A stretch of DNA of 64,000 bases from a virus (lineage: Duplodnaviria > Caudoviricetes). Both the position numbers and the translations under genes were made by a program. The notes beneath the pieces were generated by a model. It was not told the origin of the DNA and did not search any database. It saw only the letters and a program-made list of their open reading frames with translations. The stretch lies in the IMG/VR virus record IMGVR_UViG_3300031992_000012, positions 1 through 64,000 of that record; one strand, written 5' to 3'. This document shows, piece by piece, positions 19,441-27,706 of the stretch. Positions within the stretch are counted from its first letter, which is position 1. Every line of letters begins with the position of its first letter.

Positions 19441-20219
19441 AAAGCGTAAGGGAGATAAGACATCCCGCTACAGAAGGGATAAAGCTGGCGTCGCTGATGC
19501 ACGACGGGATAAAGGTATGCCTGGTGTTCCCTCACGGAATGGGCGACGTCGTCATGTTCCGCCCAGTCCTGAACAAGCTGAGGGACGATTATCCAAACGC
19601 CACGATACACATGATGACAAAGTCAACGCTCAAGGAGCTCGACGACCATGACGAGGATATGGTGTACGACATCTCGTTCTGGCTGGACTACACGGTTGCC
19701 ACATCAGGTCATCCGGGGTTTACCAAGAACACGCTTTGCTGCGCGAACGAGCTTGGAATACAGCCGCCGATGGACGACCTTCCCATAGCCAAGGGAGGGT
19801 TCCGCTCACCTTGGGTGGGCGTAGGATGCACTTCCATCTCCATGCCCCATTACCAGCCGACAGCCTATGAATGCTCCGAAGTCAACCGGGGGATACTGGA
19901 TGCCGGTTTCATCCCGCTGGACTTGTCGTTCAACACTGGCGACTACGCCTTCCCGCCGGTGTCTCCCATGGCCTGCGATGTAAGGAAGGTTAAGGGAAAC
20001 TACGCGATGCTCGCCGGAGCTGTAGAGAGATGCTTCGCGTTCATCGGCACATTCACCGGCTCCTTCCACGTCGCGCAGTCGCTTCTCCCGGGCCGGACGC
20101 TTCTTCTCTGTCCTAGGGCGATGGAGTGGCAGCGTCTTTTCAAGCGGGAGCCTCTGTGCATAAACATGAGGGACATAACCGCCAAGGAGATAACCGACTG
20201 GCTTAAATCCCTCCCTTAG
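19437..20219 (+). CDS. GT9-like glycosyltransferase (paralogue of the C-half of 9708..11180)
   Basis: VCLVFPHGMGDVVMF...FIGTFTGSFHVA. Confidence 0.7.
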   Translation: MKSVREIRHPATEGIKLASLMHDGIKVCLVFPHGMGDVVMFRPVLNKLRDDYPNATIHMMTKSTLKELDDHDEDMVYDISFWLDYTVATSGHPGFTKNTLCCANELGIQPPMDDLPIAKGGFRSPWVGVGCTSISMPHYQPTAYECSEVNRGILDAGFIPLDLSFNTGDYAFPPVSPMACDVRKVKGNYAMLAGAVERCFAFIGTFTGSFHVAQSLLPGRTLLLCPRAMEWQRLFKREPLCINMRDITAKEITDWLKSLP

Positions 20220-20230
20220 CGCGTAATAAT
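20220..20230 (+). promoter_or_regulatory. YGYGTAATAAT motif copy 2
   Basis: CGCGTAATAAT immediately after a stop codon, followed by a 14-bp hairpin at 20258-20296. Confidence 0.6.
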
Positions 20231-20326
20231 AAATTGTGGGCAGAAATTACTCTGCGCAACCCGTCCGTGAGAACTAGCCTCCCTCACGGACGGGTTTATT
20301 TATTTGAGCGGCTGGGAGAAAAAAAT

Positions 20327-20839
20327 ATGACGAAATTGGTCGTTGTATTCGTTGTAGTAATGAGTCTTTATTATTGGTACCTTTCCAGTCCGTTAAAAAA
20401 AGGAGCCCCTAAGGAACAAATTGAGTTCCTTACAAACATCAAGGACTTTTACTGGACAACGGTTGTCCTACTGGGCGTAATTGCCATTTTTTTCAAACCG
20501 TCGGCCTTTGCCGACAAACATCCGGGTATAATCTTTCTCCTCGGCTTGGCTGCGGCCGGACCACTCCTATTACATAGGAGGAAGAAAGACAAAATAACGA
20601 GCATGTTCGGTTCAGCTTCTACAAAATCAGTAGAGGACTTGAAACGGGAGTATGAAGCTGAGAAATTCGCGGTGGAGCTGAGGGCGCGGCTTATTTGCGG
20701 CGTCCATCCAGAAGCCGCCAATCCCTATAATACGGCATATCAAATGACACCAGAACAGCGTGTCGATGTGCACGTAATAAACGACTGGATAGAGGCAGGA
20801 AAGCCGCTAGCCAAGAAACATTTCTGGGAAATGCCATAG
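20327..20839 (+). CDS. AT-rich three-TM membrane protein (moron-like)
   Basis: Three hydrophobic segments; has its own upstream motif and a downstream terminator. ATG20327 follows GGGAG. Confidence 0.65.
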   Translation: MTKLVVVFVVVMSLYYWYLSSPLKKGAPKEQIEFLTNIKDFYWTTVVLLGVIAIFFKPSAFADKHPGIIFLLGLAAAGPLLLHRRKKDKITSMFGSASTKSVEDLKREYEAEKFAVELRARLICGVHPEAANPYNTAYQMTPEQRVDVHVINDWIEAGKPLAKKHFWEMP

Positions 20840-20845
20840 GCATCA

Positions 20846-20882
20846 GGGTCGTCGGGCAACCGGCGGCCCTCTTGCTTTTTTC
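20846..20882 (+). terminator. Intrinsic terminator
   Basis: AGGGTCGTCGG-GCAA-CCGGCGGCCCT followed by a T-rich tail. Confidence 0.7.
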
Positions 20883-20946
20883 TTAGCCCGTAAAGTATAT
20901 TTAAAGGCAAACTCTTTTAACAAGCACACAAAGCACGGATGGTTCT

Positions 20947-21537
20947 ATGACCCTAATAGTTAAACGCGGTATCTGGCATGACGAGTTCCTGGACGTGCCA
21001 GAGAAGATAGCGGCTGAAGCATTGGCGACAGACCCGTCGGTCGTCGAGGCGGGATTCGCCCCGCAGTCACAGCAGCCCCAGCCGGGGCAGCAACAGCAGA
21101 AGCCCCAGGTTCCAAGGATGTCCTTCGACCAGCTCGCCCCGTATGCGCAGCGTGCTATAAGCATGCGCCCAAAGGGCGTCGCCCCGAACCCAAACATGGA
21201 CATCGACATGGAGACAGAGCGCAACAACGAGCAGGCGAAGCAGCTCAAGTCCATGGCGAACAACGTAAAGTCGAAGCAGAAGCTCCAGCAGGCCCAGATG
21301 ACCCTGCAGAGCGCGCAGATGCCCTCTCAGCCGGAGGCCCCTGCGATGTCCCCCGAGCAGCAGATGCAGCCCAAGATGGCCGGTGACAGTTTCGTCTGCA
21401 ATACTACCGAGCGTACACCGAAGGGTCAGTTCCCCAAGGGCCGTCGTGTCGGCAAGAGTGCCATCGAGAGGATTCGTGAGCTGATGGGGGGTGAGAATGG
21501 CCGCCCTTTTCCGGTAAGCAAGCAGCCGGCAAAGTAG
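20947..21537 (+). CDS. Gln/Pro-rich hypothetical protein (putative virion)
   Basis: Low-complexity ORF in the portal neighbourhood. Confidence 0.6.
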   Translation: MTLIVKRGIWHDEFLDVPEKIAAEALATDPSVVEAGFAPQSQQPQPGQQQQKPQVPRMSFDQLAPYAQRAISMRPKGVAPNPNMDIDMETERNNEQAKQLKSMANNVKSKQKLQQAQMTLQSAQMPSQPEAPAMSPEQQMQPKMAGDSFVCNTTERTPKGQFPKGRRVGKSAIERIRELMGGENGRPFPVSKQPAK

Positions 21538-21545
21538 CCTTTGAT

Positions 21546-22367
21546 ATGTCGTCTACTATTGTTGCCCAGCCAGATTTTCACCCTAGCCAGGCAGCTAGAC
21601 CAACGAAAACAATTCAAGGAACTACTCCCGGCACTACCTATCCCAGTGTCGAACAGTGGCGCGGCAAGTCCATAAACACGCATGAGGTCAACCCTTTTAC
21701 CAGAACAGTTACCCCGCGTGTAAATCCTAACGCCAATACTGGTACCGCCGTTGTTGCCTCCAAGGTTCTTAACAACGCTCCTGGAATGACTAACTCCTAT
21801 AACGACCTCATATCCAACGGAACGCTGAACATGAATGGTGTCACCCAGACTCTGCAGCCGCAGACAAAGGGATTCATGCAGGCGCTTCTTCCGGCGTTTA
21901 ACGGGTCGATGTCCCAGGTTCAGATAACGTCAGATATAAGCAACAATGTCAGGAACTGGTATAAGAGCCAGGGAATGATGGACAAGGTGAACGGCTTCAA
22001 GAAGGCGGACGCCGCCGTGGTCCAGGATATAGCCAAGATTAACCAGTACGCCCAGGCGTTGAAGGCGCAAGGCGACACGATAGGCGCCGCCCGTTATGAA
22101 TACATGGCGCAGGTAATGAACAATGTGTTTCAGCAGGCCAGGGCCGAGGCGCAAAAGGAATACCAGGCAACAAAGGCCAAGGTAGGAAATTTCGCCAAGA
22201 ACAACTGGTGGTGGATGGTCCCCGGCGGTCTTATAGCCGCCTCCCGTCTGTTCGGCGGCGGGGCCGGCCAGGAAGCGGCCACTGCTCAAGCCCGGCCACA
22301 AGACCCGTTCCAGACTAGACCGGCAGGCTGGGATGGAACATATAACGAAGGATTGGAATTAGCATGA
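21546..22367 (+). CDS. Hypothetical protein with a C-terminal TM-like segment (putative internal virion protein)
   Basis: NWWWMVPGGLIAAS segment; coupled to the next ORF. Confidence 0.6.
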   Translation: MSSTIVAQPDFHPSQAARPTKTIQGTTPGTTYPSVEQWRGKSINTHEVNPFTRTVTPRVNPNANTGTAVVASKVLNNAPGMTNSYNDLISNGTLNMNGVTQTLQPQTKGFMQALLPAFNGSMSQVQITSDISNNVRNWYKSQGMMDKVNGFKKADAAVVQDIAKINQYAQALKAQGDTIGAARYEYMAQVMNNVFQQARAEAQKEYQATKAKVGNFAKNNWWWMVPGGLIAASRLFGGGAGQEAATAQARPQDPFQTRPAGWDGTYNEGLELA

Positions 22368-23047
22368 ACGGCTGGAGAGACATAAAATTCAGGGAAGGGC
22401 TTCTACGCCCCGCCGTACGCGGCATCGGAAACAATGTCAATGCCGGCTTGCTTGCGGGAACAATCCATTTCCCGATAGCCTATTTTCTGCTCAACCGTAT
22501 ACTGCGCAGGCGTGGGGCCGACAACCCAGAGAGGACGGCGGCGGCTTTATCGGGCCTCGGCTCGGCCGTCGTCGGAGCAGGCGCATGGTGGGGTACGCGC
22601 AACAACTCAGGTCGTCCCTACGTGGACGGGGATGACTTCGCCGACACGCTTCTTGGCGGAAAGAACCAGGGATGGTTCGGCGGCGCCTACAAGAAAGGGA
22701 GCGACCTCGGTTTCTTCGACAAGGGGAATCTCATACAGGGGATAGACGAGATGGACATCACGAACTCCCAGAGGGATTTCCTTACAGAAGGGATATCGCT
22801 TGCGCCTGGCAAATACCAGACTACCTTATGGGGATTGGGCGACGGCTTCTCCAAGGCTGTCGACCATAACACCGGCGGTTTGCTAGGCTACGCGACACGC
22901 GCACTTGAAGGCGGCCTGCTGGGGGGCGCTTTCAGCTCCATGCTGGGTCTTTCACCGCAGAACGCCAAATGGGTCGCCGGAGTAAGCGCGGCCGCCGACG
23001 CCCTCCAGGGCAGCCAGTTGTTCAACGCAATAGGACAGCTCCTATAG
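22364..23047 (+). CDS. Gly/Ala-rich protein with hydrophobic segments (putative virion)
   Basis: ATGA overlap with the previous ORF; glycine-zipper-like hydrophobic segments. Confidence 0.6.
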   Translation: MNGWRDIKFREGLLRPAVRGIGNNVNAGLLAGTIHFPIAYFLLNRILRRRGADNPERTAAALSGLGSAVVGAGAWWGTRNNSGRPYVDGDDFADTLLGGKNQGWFGGAYKKGSDLGFFDKGNLIQGIDEMDITNSQRDFLTEGISLAPGKYQTTLWGLGDGFSKAVDHNTGGLLGYATRALEGGLLGGAFSSMLGLSPQNAKWVAGVSAAADALQGSQLFNAIGQLL

Positions 23048-23088
23048 TCATATAAGGTAAAAAGGGACATTCAAGAAAAGGAAAAGAA

Positions 23089-23928
23089 ATGTCGGAAGAA
23101 GCAACGAATGAAGCAATGAATGTGAACAAGGCGCGCGAGGCTGCGGCCCGTCATGAGCGTGCACGCAGCAACATCTTCAAGACAGTCGACACGCCCTCCA
23201 GTTCCGTCGACAGCAACGCGGCGCAGGCCGATGTCCGCCTACGCCGCGACCACATCGAGGACGTTCTCAACCTGGGTTCCTTCCCGGTGCATGACCTCGC
23301 GCACAACCAGGTTGGCTGGTCAAACCAGCGCCTCGACCTTCTGGTGGCCGCCGAGCAGCGCCGCCTTCTTGACACGTACGACCACACGCCATCCCGTGAG
23401 GAGGCCATTGTCAGCATGCTTCACAGCGTAAAGGGACTCAGCCAGGAGCAGAAGCTGGAGCTGGCCCTCAAGGACAAGAACAGCGACCCTAGCGTCCTTC
23501 GCGCACTGCTCGTCCCGAAACAGCGCCCGGCCCAGAAGGTGGCCCAGGAGTTCGCGCAGCCGGAGTTCCAGCCTGTTCCGCAGACGGCGGAGCCCGTCTA
23601 CAACGAACCTCCCCAGCAGGCGTGGGCGCGTTTCAATCTTCCGTCCATGCCGGCCCAGCAGCCGGCAATGGTCGCCCCGTCGAACGACAAGGTCATTACG
23701 CTTGGCACGCCGATGGGACGCATAAACCTTTCGGTCCTTGACGTGGTCCCCGTTCCCGACAAGGGCTTTGCCGTCATCATCCAGCGCGAGACAGCCCCGT
23801 TCGTTTTCGTCCCCCCTTGCGGGCACGAGAAGTACGTTATCGACGGCATCCCGCATCCTGTGGAGTTCTCCGGCGTCTCCTTCGTGTACAACGGAATCCG
23901 CAGCACCGTGATGGTGATGGTAAATTAA
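23089..23928 (+). CDS. Hypothetical protein
   Basis: AAAAGGAAAAGAA RBS; codon usage typical of this genome. Confidence 0.65.
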   Translation: MSEEATNEAMNVNKAREAAARHERARSNIFKTVDTPSSSVDSNAAQADVRLRRDHIEDVLNLGSFPVHDLAHNQVGWSNQRLDLLVAAEQRRLLDTYDHTPSREEAIVSMLHSVKGLSQEQKLELALKDKNSDPSVLRALLVPKQRPAQKVAQEFAQPEFQPVPQTAEPVYNEPPQQAWARFNLPSMPAQQPAMVAPSNDKVITLGTPMGRINLSVLDVVPVPDKGFAVIIQRETAPFVFVPPCGHEKYVIDGIPHPVEFSGVSFVYNGIRSTVMVMVN

Positions 23929-23956
23929 TTCCTGTACCTAAGGACACGGGAAAACA

Positions 23957-25780
23957 ATGCTTGATACACTATCCAGACACGACCTAATCCAGACCGCCTC
24001 CAGGAAACTCATGCCGAAGACAATCGGCGAGATGTTCGACTGGGCGGACTGGCTATGGTATCATTTCGACACGTACACCAATGCCCTGCGCGGAGCAGTC
24101 CGGTATTTCCTGGGCGATATCGACATCGAATCCAAGCAGGATTCCAGCAATGGCGACGAGCGAAAAAAGATTATCAAGGAGCTCTTCCGCGATTACAACA
24201 TCATGGATTTGCTCGGTCGTGTCGGGGATGAGTTCATACAGTGGGGCAACTGCTTCACGTCCATAGAACCCGAGCGTACGCGCAAGTTCTACTGTCCGAA
24301 CTGCAAGAGCACGATTCTGGCCTCCGAGGTGACAGACCTTCGATTCAAGGAAGGCACGTTCAAGGGGACATGCCCAATATGCGGCCATGACAAGAAAGGC
24401 GGCGAGGTCACCTTCTCCTACACGGACACCATAGACGACAAGCTGCCCCTAAAGATTAACTTCTGGAACCCTCGTCTCATATCCATAGACTACTGCCCGA
24501 CGACGAAGACGTGCGAGTACTACGCCGCCCCGTCCGAGATTTGGAAGGAGTCGTGGTCCAAGAACGACCCCCGTTTCATAGCGGAGACTCCGATCGAGAT
24601 TCTAACCGCCCTGGAGAAGAAGACCCTTATCCACATGAACAAGGACTTCTTCATCCACACGAAGACATGGGCCCCCTCCACACGCGAGGACCTGTTGAAG
24701 GGATGGGGGATGCCGTTGTTCATGAACTGCTTCCCGCGCTGCGTCCAGATTATGCTTCTCGACAAGTTCGACGAAGCCATCAGCTTGGACTATGTCGTTC
24801 CATTCCGTATTTTCTCTCCCCCTCCCCAAGGCGGAGGACAACCAAACGAGGACCCGCTGCGCACCTACAATCTTGGTGGTTTCAGGTCGGAAGTGGAGAA
24901 GATGATTACTCTTCACCGTTCAAACCCGACGCATATCCAGATAGCCCCCTTCCCCCTCCAGTACCAGATAGCCGGCGGCGAGGCCAAGCAGCTTATTCCG
25001 GTCGACCTCCGTCAGCAGAAGGTGCAGGACCTGCTTCAGGCCATGAACATCCTGGACTTCTCCCAGATGCAGGGGACAGGTGGTCCTCCGCCCAACCTGC
25101 GCTTCTTCGAGAAGGTCTGGGGTATGCATGTCAATAACCTCAACCGCTGGGGCCAGTGGCTGTGCGACGCCCGTACCAAGATTCAGGACTCGACACCGGT
25201 CAACTTCAGCCTGGTCAAGTCCTCCATCTACGAGAACGACATGACCGCCGAATACAAGGTCAAGCTTGGAACTGCCCATCAGATTTCCATGGACACCGCG
25301 CTTCGCGCCCTTGGCATCGACTACGAGCTGGAGCAGACGAAGCTGCGTGACGAAGACCAGCGCAACGCGGAAATCGCGCAGGACGAACAGGAGGAGGCGG
25401 CCCGCGCCGAGGAGCTGCAGAACGGCATGTACAGCCCGCAGCCGGGTGTCGACGCCCTCATGGCCTTGCAGCAACAGCAGCAGGGCATGGGCCAGGCTCC
25501 CATGGGTGGTGCGCCAGCCGGACCCGGCGCCCCGATGAGCCCTGGAGCGCAGGGCGTCGCCGCAGGACAGGGCGGAGGGGACATCAACAGCTTGTGGGAC
25601 CAGGCCACTCAGACGGCACAGCAGATTATGACAGAGCCGCCTGAGCAGCGCCGCAGCGATTTGATTGCGTTGAGCAAGGACAACCCGACGCTACACGCGT
25701 TCGTCAAGGCTCAGATAGACCAGATGGAGCAGCAGGCCGCCACGCAGGGCAAGGCCATGATGCGCCAGGGACAAATGTGA
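23957..25780 (+). CDS. Putative portal protein with an inserted Zn ribbon
   Basis: GDEFIQWGNCF (portal-like GNxF), GWGMPL and a Gln/Gly/Pro-rich tail; CPNC...CPIC insert. Confidence 0.5.
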   Translation: MLDTLSRHDLIQTASRKLMPKTIGEMFDWADWLWYHFDTYTNALRGAVRYFLGDIDIESKQDSSNGDERKKIIKELFRDYNIMDLLGRVGDEFIQWGNCFTSIEPERTRKFYCPNCKSTILASEVTDLRFKEGTFKGTCPICGHDKKGGEVTFSYTDTIDDKLPLKINFWNPRLISIDYCPTTKTCEYYAAPSEIWKESWSKNDPRFIAETPIEILTALEKKTLIHMNKDFFIHTKTWAPSTREDLLKGWGMPLFMNCFPRCVQIMLLDKFDEAISLDYVVPFRIFSPPPQGGGQPNEDPLRTYNLGGFRSEVEKMITLHRSNPTHIQIAPFPLQYQIAGGEAKQLIPVDLRQQKVQDLLQAMNILDFSQMQGTGGPPPNLRFFEKVWGMHVNNLNRWGQWLCDARTKIQDSTPVNFSLVKSSIYENDMTAEYKVKLGTAHQISMDTALRALGIDYELEQTKLRDEDQRNAEIAQDEQEEAARAEELQNGMYSPQPGVDALMALQQQQQGMGQAPMGGAPAGPGAPMSPGAQGVAAGQGGGDINSLWDQATQTAQQIMTEPPEQRRSDLIALSKDNPTLHAFVKAQIDQMEQQAATQGKAMMRQGQM

Positions 25781-25792
25781 CAGGACATATAG

Positions 25793-26203
25793 ATGAGAGA
25801 CGTTAGAAAGAGCTACATAGACATGCTTACAGCCACCGCCGAACGCATCCACAAGCCGGTCGCCCGCAAGGAGGCCAGTTGGGGGGCGGTGTTCGGGTGG
25901 CCGGCAGCCGGCGCGGCCTACGGTATCGGAAAGGGCCTTGTCAGCAAGAGTTTTGAATGGGGCATCCCGATGGGCGCCCTGCTGTACTTCACCAAGTATA
26001 TCGGCATCCCTGCCGGCATCGGCTATATCCTGGGCGACACGCTCGCCACAAGCACCTCGCCAAGCAAGGACGACCTGAGGACGGCCGAGAACAACGCGCT
26101 CGCCAAGGAGACAGTCAACAAGACGAAGGAGCTTGAGAACATGCCGTCGGTAAAGCCGATTGACCGCACACCCAAGGACCTCTCCTGGATTGGAGGCATG
26201 TAA
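25793..26203 (+). CDS. Small hydrophobic hypothetical protein (putative virion)
   Basis: KEAS motif followed by Gly-rich hydrophobic segments. Confidence 0.6.
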   Translation: MRDVRKSYIDMLTATAERIHKPVARKEASWGAVFGWPAAGAAYGIGKGLVSKSFEWGIPMGALLYFTKYIGIPAGIGYILGDTLATSTSPSKDDLRTAENNALAKETVNKTKELENMPSVKPIDRTPKDLSWIGGM

Positions 26204-26577
26204 TGCCTGAAAAGGAATTCGCAGATGTCTCGATGGAGATTCCGAAGGGGGCTATTCCGCAGCTAACGCTTTCCGATTTGGACATGGACGGCGTCGACGA
26301 GGACGCCGGCCTTCCTCTGTATAATCCAGAGAAGCCGTCGGAACTGCTTAAGAACGAGGACCCGCAGTCGGTGCGTCCATTCGTCGGAGCCGAGTATGAA
26401 GTCCTTCAGTTCGACCTCTGGAAGGAAGGCGAGATAAAGGCGTACCAGGAGAAGCTTACCGAGGTAGGGACGGACCCCAACAGCTACATCACTTTCCACG
26501 ACCGTATTTCGGACAAGGACCACGGGTCCTGGTCCGTTCTTCTTGAAATAGCCCATAGGGTAAGGGTAAAACGATAA
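26203..26577 (+). CDS. Hypothetical protein
   Basis: TAATG coupling; GGAGG RBS. Confidence 0.65.
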   Translation: MPEKEFADVSMEIPKGAIPQLTLSDLDMDGVDEDAGLPLYNPEKPSELLKNEDPQSVRPFVGAEYEVLQFDLWKEGEIKAYQEKLTEVGTDPNSYITFHDRISDKDHGSWSVLLEIAHRVRVKR

Positions 26578-26589
26578 GGAACAACAGAC

Positions 26590-27609
26590 ATGCCATCAGA
26601 AGGAAACGGGCCCTTTCTTCCGGCCCCTACGATAAACAATTTGTTCAACCCCTTTGAGGAGCATCCCTACGCCCCTGAATGGCTACGCAGGATGGTCGGT
26701 GGCGACGCCAGCAAGCAGATATGGGCGGGCAAGATGACGCAGGCCGTCAACCTTGCTGCTCTTTTGTTCACGCTTGGCTACGGCTCCCGCAAGATGCTGC
26801 GGGGAATGGCTCCTGAAACTCAGGCCGCCCTCAAGGCAATAGACGAGTACGTCCCGTCAGGAATGAATGGCGGAATGCCCAGCGACAAGCGTCTGAAGGA
26901 CAAGCCAATCCCGCGCAAGCAGCGCAAGGCCGCCGCCCTGGAGTCCCAGGGAATCAAGACGGCCGCCGATTTGAACAACGTCGCCTGGACCCTCCCCCCG
27001 GCCGCCGCTTTCATGGCGTGGCTGGTCGGCCAGAAGATGGCCGAGAACGAAATCCATGCTGCGGACCTCAGTGATTCCGAAGCCCGTCTCGCCAAGGCGC
27101 GTTACGACTATGAGCGAGTCCTCGCCTCCAAGATTGACCCGAACGTGCAGTTGCCTGAAAAGGTAATCAAGAAGCGTGTGCAGAATCCTGTCGACTGGGC
27201 CATCGACAAGGGCATCGCCCTGAAGAACAAGATGCTCCATAAGGAAGCGGCCGATACCTACATTGGCTCCGCAGGGACGCCTTCGCCGTATGAAGGCGGT
27301 GTCTCTCCGAAGGAAGGCGGGATGGGAACATACCCAGCCCAGTTCTTCACATACCTGGAGGACAAGATTCCATACTTCAAGCCGCTGGCGACCTTGCTGG
27401 GAGCCCTGACTCTTGTTGGAAGCGCCAAATACGCGTGGAACAACAACCGTGCCCGTGACAAGAACATCCAGAAGGCGCTCGATACGGAAGCCGCGCTCAA
27501 GCAGCACGCGCTCGAGACAAACGACCAGCGCCTTGATATAGATGCTATAACGGGAAAGAAAGACCCGAAGCTCAACACATACCCCGGCGCCCTCGGCTTT
27601 GACAATTAG
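26590..27609 (+). CDS. Hypothetical protein with three hydrophobic segments (putative virion)
   Basis: KAAA, KTAA and KEAA motifs lie between the hydrophobic segments. Confidence 0.6.
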   Translation: MPSEGNGPFLPAPTINNLFNPFEEHPYAPEWLRRMVGGDASKQIWAGKMTQAVNLAALLFTLGYGSRKMLRGMAPETQAALKAIDEYVPSGMNGGMPSDKRLKDKPIPRKQRKAAALESQGIKTAADLNNVAWTLPPAAAFMAWLVGQKMAENEIHAADLSDSEARLAKARYDYERVLASKIDPNVQLPEKVIKKRVQNPVDWAIDKGIALKNKMLHKEAADTYIGSAGTPSPYEGGVSPKEGGMGTYPAQFFTYLEDKIPYFKPLATLLGALTLVGSAKYAWNNNRARDKNIQKALDTEAALKQHALETNDQRLDIDAITGKKDPKLNTYPGALGFDN

Positions 27610-27632
27610 TACAAGGGTCCGATATTACATGT

Positions 27633-27663
27633 GGCCGCCACGACTGAGTACGGGCGGCCTTTT
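27633..27663 (+). terminator. Intrinsic terminator
   Basis: GGCCGCC...GGCGGCC followed by TTTT. Confidence 0.65.
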
Positions 27664-27675
27664 ATTTAAATATTC

Positions 27676-27694
27676 CAACGCGTTGTAAAATCAT
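27676..27694 (+). promoter_or_regulatory. CAACGCGTTG-(G/T)AAAATCAT motif copy 2, upstream of the RNAP gene
   Basis: Near-identical to 9689-9707. Confidence 0.6.
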
Positions 27695-27706
27695 CAGGAC
27701 ATACCG

